In this document: piece after piece, positions 42,575 through 52,753 of the stretch | Position numbering within the stretch: position 1 is the stretch's first letter | Layout of the letters: every line of letters starts with the position of its first letter | NCBI GenBank assembly: GCA_977017575.1 | Contig: CDRNVI010000065.1 | Coordinates: forward strand, 62,001 to 126,000 | Reading direction: 5' to 3' | From: Paramoeba atlantica | Lineage: Eukaryota > Protista > Discosea | DNA length: 64,000 bases | Program-made: the position numbers and the translations under genes | The notes under the pieces: model-generated | Told to the model about the DNA's origin: nothing | The model's database searches: none | What the model saw: the letters and a program-made list of their open reading frames with translations, nothing else

Positions 42575-45500
42575 TTAGAAAGAGTTCTCCAATTCTTCGC
42601 GTAGAAACCATTTATGTCGACAAAGCTGCACCTCTCGCCTAACTGGTCGTTTCTTGTCAAACAAAAATCTTTCCGTCTCACGTAGAACAAGGTCACGCAG
42701 GGAAAGTGTTTGATCGCAGAGGTGTGGAGGCTCAATTTTTTCGTCAACAATCTCTTTCCCGTCCTTGTTCACAGTCAGGCTGTGTTCTACCTCTCGCCAT
42801 GCTTCGGAAGAATTGTTCACGCTTTTGGTGGAGAGAAGATCTGCAAGCAAAGTTAATGAACGAAAAGAGCTTATTCTGCTGTCCATTTCGATGGATGACA
42901 TAACACTTTTAGAATCCAACTTGCTGTGTTGACATGAAAAAAGAAGCACACTTATTAAATTCGTTAAATTTTCTTCTATATGCTGAAACGGCAGTTCGTT
43001 CAAAAGCTCCTGAAGTATACCCAAGCACGACCTTTCAAGCTGCGCTTTCGTGATCTCGTGCTTGAGGGCACCCTGAGGTGCATCACTGGTTGCTTCGCAT
43101 CTTGGAATGTGAGTCTTTCGATCTCCAGATAGCACTGACGATTTGGGAGACAGAAGGCAAGAACGTAGAAAGTAAAGAAGCCCGTCAAAAAGCAAGGTCG
43201 ATTGAGCCTTCCATTGACTGGGGCCTAATTCAGAGGCCAAGAAGCACACGAACAATAACATTCCAGGGAAATGGTTGCTAATTTCGTGCTTGCGACCGGC
43301 AAACGTTGCGTATAAATTCAGCAATCGTAGCAAAACTTCATACAAAAATGTGTTTAACTGCTCTTGGCATTCGCTATCAGAAAGTCGTATTCCATGACAA
43401 TGATGTAGCCATGCATCATGACGGCTACAGGCGATTGTCAGACCCTGAATTACGTCTTCACATTTATCGAACTTACTCGATACTATCAATCGAGTTAAGT
43501 TTTCGAGAACAATATCAAGGATTTCATTCCCTACAGAGACACAGTTGTGCATAAAAAATGCTTTTGCTACCGATGCGTGAATCGCGGAACTCAAAGACAT
43601 AAATTGACGGTCACAGTGAGATGGGTCACCGGACGATGAAAACCACGATGAAGGAAAATCAATTTTCCTTCGTACGTAGACCCCTAAAGCATTCTTATCT
43701 TTGACAGTCTCCAGTGCAGCGCACAACTCCACACAAAGTAGAGAAGGAACAATCGATGTTAACAATAACACGTCTTCCCTGTTTTGAGGAATAATGTCAC
43801 TGCATTCTGTCATCACATAACTTAAGTTTTCTACGCATGAACTATTTGATAAAGTGACTTCCCCATGCTGAATCGAAGTTTGGGATTCAAGAGAAGCGAG
43901 TCGCTGTCCAGAACGCAACACGAGGCTTAAGAGTTTTATCCACATATTTGTATCGTGTGAATCAGAATATCCGCTGTCTTTCCTTTCTCGGAATAATGGC
44001 TCACCGACTTCACTCAATAAACGATTTGCACTGCATATATTGGTTGCGCAGAATGCATGAGCAAGACATAAAAACTTTTCCAAAGAGATCGATTGGCTTT
44101 TCGCACGAACAGAACTAGAGATAGCTTGTATACAAGAGAATAAAGCAGCAGTAATGTTTTCCGTCGATGGTACAGGATTCGAATCAGGATCCAAGCTGTT
44201 CTCCATTATTCGGGTGCTTCCAGGCGCTTCACCCCATTTAGCATACGAGCCTTGACGATACACGTCAAGCACTTTCTGCGTTGCCTTTAATAAATGATTT
44301 AAGAGATGAGGCAGACAACCTTTTGCAGTAAGAGGCAAAAGTTCTGAAACGATACGAATGAAGTTAACAGTTGGAAACTGAGTCGTTGTACTCAAAGCAT
44401 TTCGTGCATAAGAAACGTCGAGCTGCACAATCGAGAGGAGACCATGCAAAATACGCTCTTTGTAAGGATCTGATGAAAACACTTCAGAGACCAATGCTAT
44501 AGATACTGGTGGAAAATTCGCTTCGCGCTTTTCGCATTTGATGGAGTTAAATAACATGGAGTTACTTTGTGCGTCGTGCGAATGTTCACTCTCAGCGATA
44601 CCTTCACGGGTAAAGTGATCAGAGGAAAAATATACTCTGAGCCACATGGGAACCAAAATATTTACCAACAGAGAAGATTGAGGGGTAATCCACCCATGAG
44701 TCAAACTGGACAACACCGCAGAGGCCGAAGGCACATCAGCTACTGTGAAATAAAATGAGCACACGATAACGAACAATTTGGTGAGAATTAGACGCAAAGA
44801 ACAACTCATAAATAGATGTGACGTGTCGCCCTGCACTCGAACGAAAGTGTTATCGGAGAGGTTAACTTGTGTTTCCAATGTAACACTTAGTGCTTCAATG
44901 TCAGTAGATACGGGCTCGTTATTCGCAAGAGCGCGGCAAGACGGAGCCTCTAAAAACTTCTGTGAATCCAAGAATGAGGCAAGTACAATCACACACTTGG
45001 CGCCATTGCTCATTAAATTTCGCGATAAAGTCGGACATTCGCTCGCAAAGATACAATGGATAAAGCTTATCACGTTTCTGAAGTACTGGCATAAATCCGT
45101 AGGGGAAGCATATACAGCGCTACGCACCATGCTAAGAAGATTGGCGTATATTTCTGTCGCATATTCAACCCTTCGAAGGTGCATGAGTCTCTCACGCTCC
45201 CCAAAAGAATTGTTTTGAAGAGAGGACCGAATTATTCCACCCTCCTTATGGTGAGACTGCAGTACAGCATCGATTTGAGCGTAGCAAAACAATATCAGGC
45301 GTGACTTTGACTCCAAAAAAGATTCGATTAATGCTAAATCAATAGAAAGAGCATGTATTTCGGATTGATTTAACACAGTAATATTTCGATTAAAATCGTC
45401 ATCAGTCGTAAAATCGCGGTCTACATGAAACTTAGTAACATTCCTGAAGAAGGGCTCCAATACGAATCTTTTAGTTAAGTAGTTCAGCGTCTTGTCGCTC

Positions 45501-47143
45501 TTGGATCTTTCATACACAAAGCTTCCTATTGCTTTTATGACACGCAAAGTTTCGAATTTGAGTGCATTGCGTTCGCTACCAACGCACTGGTGAAGTTCCT
45601 CTCGTAAAGCTTGAATAATTTCACTTAAGAGTAACAAGGATGTGTCTTCGGTACTCATCGCATCAGAGTCTAAATGTGATAGTGCCTCGAAATATTGATC
45701 TGTTCGCATCGCTTGGACGAAAATGTCGCGCATGACTTCCAGGACTTGTAGTTTCGTATCCTCAATGGCAGAAGACAATTTCTCAAGAAGAAAAGGAATG
45801 CTAATTTTTATAAATCTTGGATGTATCAACAATTCTTGGAGGCTTTCCTGTAGTTTTATTGAGTCAACGACAGGAAGCGTTGGACGTGTGATGGAGTAGA
45901 ATTCTAGTGGCGAAGATATTGACTGGAAGGTGTTTTCATCCACGTTAGTAGATTTCGTGGGTTCATCTTCACGTGACGTTACGTTTTCTTGTGGTTTTTT
46001 AAAGTCAATGGGAAAGTAGCAAGAAAAACTGTCAAAGAAGTCCATATCTAGCGCATCATCTCCCGATTGATTTTTCCAAAACGCAATAATTCGGTTTACT
46101 CTTTCAAAAAGATGAAAAAGGGTAACAACATTGAATGGATCGCGCTCTCCATCCACACACTTCAGAAATTTGGGCACGAACGTGGCAGGGTGAACAAGTG
46201 GAGATAGTTGTTTAAAGTACTCGGCAATATCGCATGCGACAATTTGGGATGAAACGTTCAATGAAAAAGAAGATTCACCTATATCAAGAAAAGGAATCTC
46301 GATCATGCCGTTTTCCGAAACATGTGACTGGTGAATGTCTCCCACAATTTCTGCGTGTGCTTCGTCGGAAAAATATCCGAGAAGAAAGAACTTCCGAAAA
46401 AGGTCGTAAATTTGACGTCGAAGTCTTAATCGAGAATATTCCAATCGTGTCTCGGATGCAATCCTGACTAATATAGATGACACATCAGTAAGTCTGAGCC
46501 ATCCTCGTCCTTGCCGTTCTGAAAATGAACAAACTTCATCGATTTGAATCAGCAGAACATGCAAGGCGTGTATAACACTCTCTATTGTATCATAATCTTT
46601 CATGCGCGAAAGAAGAAATTCCAGCAAATTACGTCGAGCAAGATTGCTTCTCCAAATCCTCTTTTCAAAACTTTTATAAAGTTCAGCGTTATCCCTGAAA
46701 TGATCACATGATGATAGCTGACCAAAACCATGTGCAAGTCGAATGGCTTGTCCAAGTACATCTGTGGCACGTGAACGAATGGAGCAATCTTGATGAGTTA
46801 AATATGACTCAAGTGCTTGCACCATACAGAAAAGGCAATTTTCTCCTAGTTGTTCCAGGTCCATATTGTGAGAGTAATTCTTCTCGTTTTCAGTCATGTA
46901 TTCTACAATAAAGTGACCCAATGTTTTAGTTCTGCAAGCGAAATTCTTACTGAAATCATCTTTCGAGTTGGAAAGCTTTGACGAAGAATCCGCATTGTTT
47001 TCAGATTTCGATCTCGACATAAATGCCCTTCTCGACAAAAGTTTGTCAAAAAAATCTGTCAGAGAAAGGGAATCGGACGGGCCGAGAGTACAGTATTCAT
47101 TAAGAGAGGAGCCGAACGTGCCGACTGGTGTTTCTGTGGTCAT
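42575..47143 (-). CDS. MMS19: MMS19/Met18 cytosolic Fe-S assembly targeting factor
   Basis: FLKCVDGERDPFNVVTLFHLF...FFDSFSCYFPIDF (MMS19 N-domain) and C-terminal DKKRPVRREVQLCRHKW. Confidence 0.85.
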   Translation of the reverse strand: MTTETPVGTFGSSLNEYCTLGPSDSLSLTDFFDKLLSRRAFMSRSKSENNADSSSKLSNSKDDFSKNFACRTKTLGHFIVEYMTENEKNYSHNMDLEQLGENCLFCMVQALESYLTHQDCSIRSRATDVLGQAIRLAHGFGQLSSCDHFRDNAELYKSFEKRIWRSNLARRNLLEFLLSRMKDYDTIESVIHALHVLLIQIDEVCSFSERQGRGWLRLTDVSSILVRIASETRLEYSRLRLRRQIYDLFRKFFLLGYFSDEAHAEIVGDIHQSHVSENGMIEIPFLDIGESSFSLNVSSQIVACDIAEYFKQLSPLVHPATFVPKFLKCVDGERDPFNVVTLFHLFERVNRIIAFWKNQSGDDALDMDFFDSFSCYFPIDFKKPQENVTSREDEPTKSTNVDENTFQSISSPLEFYSITRPTLPVVDSIKLQESLQELLIHPRFIKISIPFLLEKLSSAIEDTKLQVLEVMRDIFVQAMRTDQYFEALSHLDSDAMSTEDTSLLLLSEIIQALREELHQCVGSERNALKFETLRVIKAIGSFVYERSKSDKTLNYLTKRFVLEPFFRNVTKFHVDRDFTTDDDFNRNITVLNQSEIHALSIDLALIESFLESKSRLILFCYAQIDAVLQSHHKEGGIIRSSLQNNSFGERERLMHLRRVEYATEIYANLLSMVRSAVYASPTDLCQYFRNVISFIHCIFASECPTLSRNLMSNGAKCVIVLASFLDSQKFLEAPSCRALANNEPVSTDIEALSVTLETQVNLSDNTFVRVQGDTSHLFMSCSLRLILTKLFVIVCSFYFTVADVPSASAVLSSLTHGWITPQSSLLVNILVPMWLRVYFSSDHFTREGIAESEHSHDAQSNSMLFNSIKCEKREANFPPVSIALVSEVFSSDPYKERILHGLLSIVQLDVSYARNALSTTTQFPTVNFIRIVSELLPLTAKGCLPHLLNHLLKATQKVLDVYRQGSYAKWGEAPGSTRIMENSLDPDSNPVPSTENITAALFSCIQAISSSVRAKSQSISLEKFLCLAHAFCATNICSANRLLSEVGEPLFRERKDSGYSDSHDTNMWIKLLSLVLRSGQRLASLESQTSIQHGEVTLSNSSCVENLSYVMTECSDIIPQNREDVLLLTSIVPSLLCVELCAALETVKDKNALGVYVRRKIDFPSSWFSSSGDPSHCDRQFMSLSSAIHASVAKAFFMHNCVSVGNEILDIVLENLTRLIVSSKFDKCEDVIQGLTIACSRHDAWLHHCHGIRLSDSECQEQLNTFLYEVLLRLLNLYATFAGRKHEISNHFPGMLLFVCFLASELGPSQWKAQSTLLFDGLLYFLRSCLLSPKSSVLSGDRKTHIPRCEATSDAPQGALKHEITKAQLERSCLGILQELLNELPFQHIEENLTNLISVLLFSCQHSKLDSKSVMSSIEMDSRISSFRSLTLLADLLSTKSVNNSSEAWREVEHSLTVNKDGKEIVDEKIEPPHLCDQTLSLRDLVLRETERFLFDKKRPVRREVQLCRHKWFLREELENSF

Positions 47144-47556
47144 GCCAATAGCAGAAAATTACGGTCACGGTTAAAACTGATCTAGAAAAGTTCTCCCCAT
47201 AGACCACAAAATAGCAACCACAAATAATACAAGGATGTATTTACAACCTTCTGAACGTTGTCACAATATTTCACTGAATATCCCGTTTGTTAATAAACAG
47301 TTTTTCGAAAACATGACCTTGTACAACGAGAACGCATCAACGGAAAAGAACTGAGGGTTTACAAGAAAATCGACGAAAAAATAATAGGATGTCGACCACA
47401 TTCGACAGAATGCACATTTGTGCTGTTCTTATAGAAAAGATAACGTACTTAAATAGTAAGGAGCACTCTACGAAACGTTCTTTGATCTATACTGCGCTAA
47501 CCACAAAACTAATAGGGTCGTAAGCTATTTTCGTTTTCATTTTTCCACCAAAGCAA

Positions 47557-48351
47557 TTATACTCCATGCAGTTGTTCTTCCTCATCCAATAACGCCAACT
47601 GATCAAAATAGCTACGCAAAACGTCGACCTCGATATTGTCCTCCCATTGAGTGCGTATAATTTTTTTGTATGGTATCACTCGGGTGTAGTCCACGTCACT
47701 TAAAGCTTGTTGTGCCTCAAGCTCTTCTTTGTGAACTCGAGGAATTGACGACAATGATATCCCGTCGGTCTCGGCATAAAACATTTCTTTCCCGTCCGGA
47801 ATAGTGGAATCCGAATGAACTTGAAAAATTCTCTTGTACTGCGATTTGTGTTTCAGCGTGGAATGTGCAGCAATTTGGAAGCCTATCCGTTCCTGAATCG
47901 TATACATAGCGGTACTATCCTTCATGATTGAGGGATTAACAAACACTTCAACTCTCAGTACCTTGCGCTGTGCATTAACCAATGTCTCATAGTAGTTCCG
48001 GACTGTAGATAATTTTTCCAAATCACCCTGAATTTGCATCCAGCGTAGACAGAACAAAAATTCCTCGGATATGGCCTGGGCAATATCACTATTCGTCGTT
48101 ACATCACGGTAGCGTTCCCAAAACACGGGAAGACTCAACCCTGCCACGTTCTGAAACTCGTGAAGAAAATTGTCCCCCATTGCAAACAGGAACTGGGCAT
48201 ATTCTGCCACCTCACTGCGAGGAAGTTCCACTGGAAATATATTTTCTGTAAACTTTGACTCGTACACTTGTACAGCTCTCGCAGGTGGGCTGTAATGTCG
48301 TAGAGAGGGCACTTTAAAAACTCGAAAGCTCCGTGCAAGGAAGCGATGCAT
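47557..48351 (-). CDS. OSCP: Mitochondrial ATP synthase OSCP subunit, kinetoplastid type
   Basis: LPVFWER, LRWMQ..G.L, YETLVNAQRK and the tail DYT...TQWEDNIEVDVLRSYFDQLALLDEEEQLHGV match, from recall, the extended trypanosomal OSCP. Confidence 0.85.
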   Translation of the reverse strand: MHRFLARSFRVFKVPSLRHYSPPARAVQVYESKFTENIFPVELPRSEVAEYAQFLFAMGDNFLHEFQNVAGLSLPVFWERYRDVTTNSDIAQAISEEFLFCLRWMQIQGDLEKLSTVRNYYETLVNAQRKVLRVEVFVNPSIMKDSTAMYTIQERIGFQIAAHSTLKHKSQYKRIFQVHSDSTIPDGKEMFYAETDGISLSSIPRVHKEELEAQQALSDVDYTRVIPYKKIIRTQWEDNIEVDVLRSYFDQLALLDEEEQLHGV

Positions 48352-48564
48352 GAAAAAAAGAGCTCGGAAAGAAATCTACTGATCACTTGTTTTTACGAAA
48401 CGGAGAAAAAGAGTATAAATAGACGGTTGGTACAAGTAGAAAACTTGCGTTTCCGCACCAAAAATGTGAAGTCCTGTACATCAAGAATATACACCAGTAT
48501 TCCACTGCCACCTTTTAATACCCCTTTTCCCCCCTATCCCACAACCCCCCCCCCCCTTTTTTTT

Positions 48565-49272
48565 TCAATCCAATTCATCCAAAAACCGCCCCGGAAAGTT
48601 TATCCTCTGCAACTTCCGGGGCTGTAACCGCTGTGGATCCGTATCCACCTCCAACCCCGCCGCCCTCCTCCTCCCCTCCTCCCCCTCCCTCTCCACCATC
48701 ACCTCATACACCTCCGGCAACACCACCCCCAACACCCCCTCCCACCCCTTCCTCACCACCGTCTCCCCCAACCCCCACAGCACCACCAGCGCACCGAGCA
48801 CCACCCCCACCCCCAGCCACGTGGCCTTTGTGTGTACAGAGACCCTTCCGCTCTCTCTCCCCCCCACCAGCTCCCCCCCCAGCCCCCCCCCGCCCCCATC
48901 CCGGTACCACACACTCCCGGGGTCCAGCACCATCGCGTAGGCCCGGCGCACCCGGTCCAGCTCCCCCGGCGAGCCCCCCGGGGCGTCCGGGTGGGCCGCG
49001 AGTACCCGCCGCCGGTACGCCGCGTGCACCTCCGGGAGCGCCTCCACGGTCTCCGGGAGGTCCAGCACGGCCAGCGGGGAGCGGTGGGCCGTGAGGAAGC
49101 GGAGGTCGTCCTCCATGGCCTTTACGTGGGAGAGGTTGCGGCGCAGACGACGGCCGAGGGCGCGCTGGGCGGGGCGGGGGAGGAGGTGGAGGACGAGCCA
49201 ACGGGAGAGGGCGGTGAGGGGACCGGGGCGGTAGGGGTGGGGGGAGAGGAGGGGGGGGGAGGGGTGAAGCAT
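48565..49272 (-). CDS. J-domain protein with a downstream TM segment (likely organellar)
   Basis: PLAVLDL...EVHAAYRRRVLAAHPDAPGGSPGELDRVRRAYAMV (HPD motif); TM WLGVGVVLGALVVLWGL. Confidence 0.8.
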   Translation of the reverse strand: MLHPSPPLLSPHPYRPGPLTALSRWLVLHLLPRPAQRALGRRLRRNLSHVKAMEDDLRFLTAHRSPLAVLDLPETVEALPEVHAAYRRRVLAAHPDAPGGSPGELDRVRRAYAMVLDPGSVWYRDGGGGGLGGELVGGRESGRVSVHTKATWLGVGVVLGALVVLWGLGETVVRKGWEGVLGVVLPEVYEVMVEREGEEGRRRAAGLEVDTDPQRLQPRKLQRINFPGRFLDELD

Positions 49273-49937
49273 GGGGGAGGGGGGAGGGCGTGAGAGAGGG
49301 AGGTTGGAAAGGGTATGGAGTAGAGTAGAGTTTAAGGTGGTTTAGTGGTGGTGGTGGTGGTGGGTGTAGGTAACCAGGGCTCTAGGTTGGGTTATGGAAA
49401 GAAAAGTGAGCAAAAAGAGGGAAAGTAAAGAAGAAACACCGTTGTGTTTAACCTTTATAAAGAGAAACATCGTCATAGAATAAAAGAAAAAAAATAAAAG
49501 GGGCTCCGGTGGTCTAAAATCGTTCCAAACCTCGTTCACAACAAGTTAGATAGGCCTGCTGAAGAGAAAGGCCGAGGTCCGGAATTTTAGGGCGGTACTT
49601 CGAAACCGTCTTCGAGCTTTTCGAAACATTGCTAACTTCTAGGTTTCTCTCCGCAGCTAGGATATGGCGCATCGGCTCCGGAAGAGTGGTTCGTTAGACA
49701 GACGGCAAGGTTCTCCGTCGATATTTGCAAAATTGACATCGCTATCGTGAACCGGTGGTGAGGAGGGAGGGGGAGGGGTGAAGCATGGTGGTGGTGGGGG
49801 GGAGGGGGGAGGGAGTGAGAGAGGGAGGTTGGAAAAGGTATGGAGTAGAGTAGAGTTTAAGGTTGTAGGGTAGTGGTGGTGGTGATGGTGGTGGTAGGTA
49901 ACCAGGGCTCTAGGTTGGGTTATGGAAAGAAAAGTGA
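49246..49937. repeat. Direct duplication of the J-protein 5' flank and first codons (about 49246-49409 and 49761-49937)
   Basis: Shared GGGGTGAAGCAT, GTATGGAGTAGAGTAGAGTTTAAGG and GTAGGTAACCAGGGCTCTAGGTTGGGTTATGGAAAGAAAAGTGA. Confidence 0.85.
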
Positions 49938-49980
49938 ATAAAAGGAGTGAACACAGTCATATCGTAAAAGAAAAAATATA

Positions 49981-50412
49981 AACCACAGTCCGGTTTAACA
50001 TTCCGGGGGGGAATGCTAAGTAGCTACAGGAATGTTAAGGAGCTACAGGAATGTTAAATTTTCAAGATAATTTTTTGAGGTATTTTTTTGAAAGGAAAAA
50101 TAACTTCATTTATTATGTATCTTCCTCTTCGCCCATCGCTTCGACTTCTTTTGCTTCACTTTCTTAGCGTTCTTGAACTTTCTTAAAGTACTCCGTCAGC
50201 GTACATTCGTAGCGAAAACCTGGAGGACCCTGTAGGGGATCAAAGTTGAGAATCTCCCGTGGTGGCTCTTCGTCGGTAGAGTGGATGAACCTGTAAGCCA
50301 CGGGGGGGCACGGGGGTTTTTCAGGGGGGAATGTTAAAAAACGCATGGGACATCATAACATTCTCCCCCGGAATGTTATCTAGCTACAGGAATGTTAAAC
50401 CGGACTGTGGTT
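49981..50412. mobile_element. 432-bp non-autonomous element, TA|AAC family, copy 1
   Basis: Perfect TIR AACCACAGTCCGGTTTAACATTCC, TA on both flanks, multiple GGAATGTTA subterminal sites. Confidence 0.8.
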
Positions 50413-50551
50413 TAAAAGGGGCAGTAATTATTGTTTTCGTAGCTTTGGGACAGCGAAAAAAAGTAGAGAGGTTGAAGTAAATAGAAATTTAGAATATTTA
50501 ATAGTATTTAGAACTATGGCCACCGAAGCAAACTCTACTTATATTGCAGTG

Positions 50552-51532
50552 TTAATAAAAGCCACGCGAACCGGATTTCCATGCGGGGTTCTGAAATAAA
50601 GAAACACACTTGGGAAGCGACTGCGGAGAGTACGATTCAATATTGTTTTCCTGAAGCGACAACTCACTCATTCCGCGAGGCAAACGAGAGACATCGACGT
50701 GTCCGCTGAGACGATTACGCCATAGTTGTAGGCACTTCATCCTCGGTGGAAGATTGTCAAATCGTGGTGTTCCTGTAAATGAATTATTTCGCGCTTTAAA
50801 TAAGAGCAATGAAGTTGGAAATTCTTCCAATGCCAGATTGCCTACAAATTCGTTATTGGATATGTCAAGACCAAGTAAATTAGGTGGAATGACGGCACAG
50901 TTAAGTGTCCCATCGAGACGATTTCCACTGATATCAATAATGCACAGACTCCGGGGTAGCGCACTCCAATTTATCATTCCTGTGAAATGATTATTGTTGA
51001 GAAGAAGCCGTGTCAACGTTTTAGGGAGATCTCCTGCACCAATATAACCAGAAAACTGATTTTTGCTCAGGTCGAGACGAGTAAGTCCTTGAGGCAGGGT
51101 ATCGAATGGAACTTCACCGTTGCATTTGTTGTTGATGCCCCAATTGGAGCCTAAAAGAAACCAACTGAGTGTTACAGGAAGGTGTGTCCAACTAGGAGTC
51201 CCTTCCAGCTGCCGACCTCGCCAATCAATCTTACGTGCCATTTGAAACGCATCACACTGAACTCCATACCAATTGCACCCAGGTATGCTTGTGTTCCATG
51301 TCGAGTGCTTGCCAAGAGGCGACAGTCCAGGAGTTTCCAATTCATGTATGCCAGAAAGAAAGGCGTCAAGCTGTAGCTCTATGGGGAGTAGAGATCTGTG
51401 CGCCTTCTGAGCTCGACGGGGCCGCGGTTGATCATCCGCTGTATGAATGCTAAGCATGTGTGAAAGCATGTATGAAAGCATGTATGAAAGCATGTATGAA
51501 AGCATGTATGAAAGCATGTATGAAAGGCACAT
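50552..51532 (-). CDS. Leucine-rich repeat protein with an LRRNT_2-like cap; paralogue of 16682-17425
   Basis: GCNWYGVQCD cap and LPxxLxxLDLSxNxFxG repeats; N-terminal MLSY repeats. Confidence 0.85.
   Translation of the reverse strand: MCLSYMLSYMLSYMLSYMLSYMLSHMLSIHTADDQPRPRRAQKAHRSLLPIELQLDAFLSGIHELETPGLSPLGKHSTWNTSIPGCNWYGVQCDAFQMARKIDWRGRQLEGTPSWTHLPVTLSWFLLGSNWGINNKCNGEVPFDTLPQGLTRLDLSKNQFSGYIGAGDLPKTLTRLLLNNNHFTGMINWSALPRSLCIIDISGNRLDGTLNCAVIPPNLLGLDISNNEFVGNLALEEFPTSLLLFKARNNSFTGTPRFDNLPPRMKCLQLWRNRLSGHVDVSRLPRGMSELSLQENNIESYSPQSLPKCVSLFQNPAWKSGSRGFY
51452..51526. repeat. 12-bp tandem repeat (AAGCATGTATGA, about 6 copies) in the LRR 5' coding end
   Basis: Directly visible; encodes (MLSY)n on the minus strand. 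Confidence 0.9.
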
Positions 51533-52204
51533 ACATGTACATGTAGATTTCGTTTCGAAGATTGATTACGTTTTGAATTGACGTACTACGTTACGTGTCT
51601 AATTACGATACTATTGATGTGGTTGCGTAACAACCGCTCTATCTTCAATTATAAAAAAATATATAAAAATAAGTAATTCCGAGAAAAAACATTCAGATGT
51701 ATATTTAGTCGGAACGCTGCTTCACCCTCCGTCAATAAATACCGTATATGCATCCTGAATTTGCACGAAAAATGATCAATAAACTGTTCTACACTTTAAT
51801 GAGTACTGAATGAAGTGTTGTACACTTCGCTGAGTACTCAACGAATATAATTGAGAGAAGGAAAGTGACTTGATTAGAAGCAAACCATTTTTCTTAGACT
51901 TGTGTTACTCATTAAAAATTTCAGGGTTCATGTCACACGACAACCCGAATCGAAACGACGACGCAGAAGATTTAATTCCACGTTTCCTTTTATACATAGT
52001 AGGGAGCTTATACATTGCACATTGTCAGAACTGGAGCACTGAGCGCTTTCCCCGCGATGATGGTGAGGCACATTCATGGGAAGAGCAAGAAATTGAGATT
52101 CCGGCTACGCAGGTTGCTCGTCGCATTTGTAGCGGACGTGTTGGGTTTGCGTGCGTTCGTTCGTGGAAAAATACATACCTACTTCGGAAAAGGGTTTGCG
52201 TATA

Positions 52205-52676
52205 AACGGTGTTACTGGATAACATACCCCCCCGGTATGTTATCGTGTTACAGGTATGTTATGCTGTTACAGGTATGTTAACTTTTATGCCATCATTTTT
52301 TTAAAGAATTCAAAAAATTGCACCAATTCAAAAAATTGCTCCAATATATTTTACTCCACAATTTCAGGACAACTATGTATTCGAAAATACTCCTGAATTG
52401 TCAATGTCTTCCTCCTCTTCTCCCTCCTCGTCTTCCTCTTCATCCTCCTCCGACGAAACAACCTCGCTTGGAATTTCTTCATGAATACCAATCAGTTCTT
52501 GAGTGCTCATGTTGACAAAAAAATGATCTGTATTACACATGTAAAAAAATCTCAAAAACAAATTGACTCCTAAACTCCAAAATCCAGAGGGGGGGTGTGT
52601 TATCCACCCCTGTTCACAATAACATACCCCCCCGGTATGTTAACGTGTTACAGGTATGTTATCCCGAGCCCCCGTT
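52205..52676. mobile_element. 472-bp non-autonomous element, TA|AAC family, copy 2
   Basis: Imperfect TIRs AACGG...GGATAACATACC, TA flanks, GGTATGTTA subterminal sites arranged as in copy 1; an acidic ORF remnant on the minus strand. Confidence 0.7.
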
Positions 52677-52753
52677 TAATATTTTTTTTGAACTAGCGCC
52701 CCGTTTTGGAAGTACAGAATCGGTTTTTTGAATATCAATTTCTCTTAGCAACC

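Noticed and set aside
1349-47143. Functional clustering (NOL10 with NAF1; XPB with MMS19; eIF4E with the eIF3g-like RRM)
   Set aside because: Kinetoplastid polycistrons are generally not functionally organised; such pairs among about 26 housekeeping genes are unremarkable.
48633-49293. Three Pro/Gly-rich ORFs overlapping the J-domain gene
   Set aside because: Expected by-product of very high GC (few stop codons); low-complexity translations with no motifs.
51870-52205. Plus-strand ORF (91 aa from ATG 51930)
   Set aside because: Opposite to the gene array, no recognisable domain, and it ends in the TE border.
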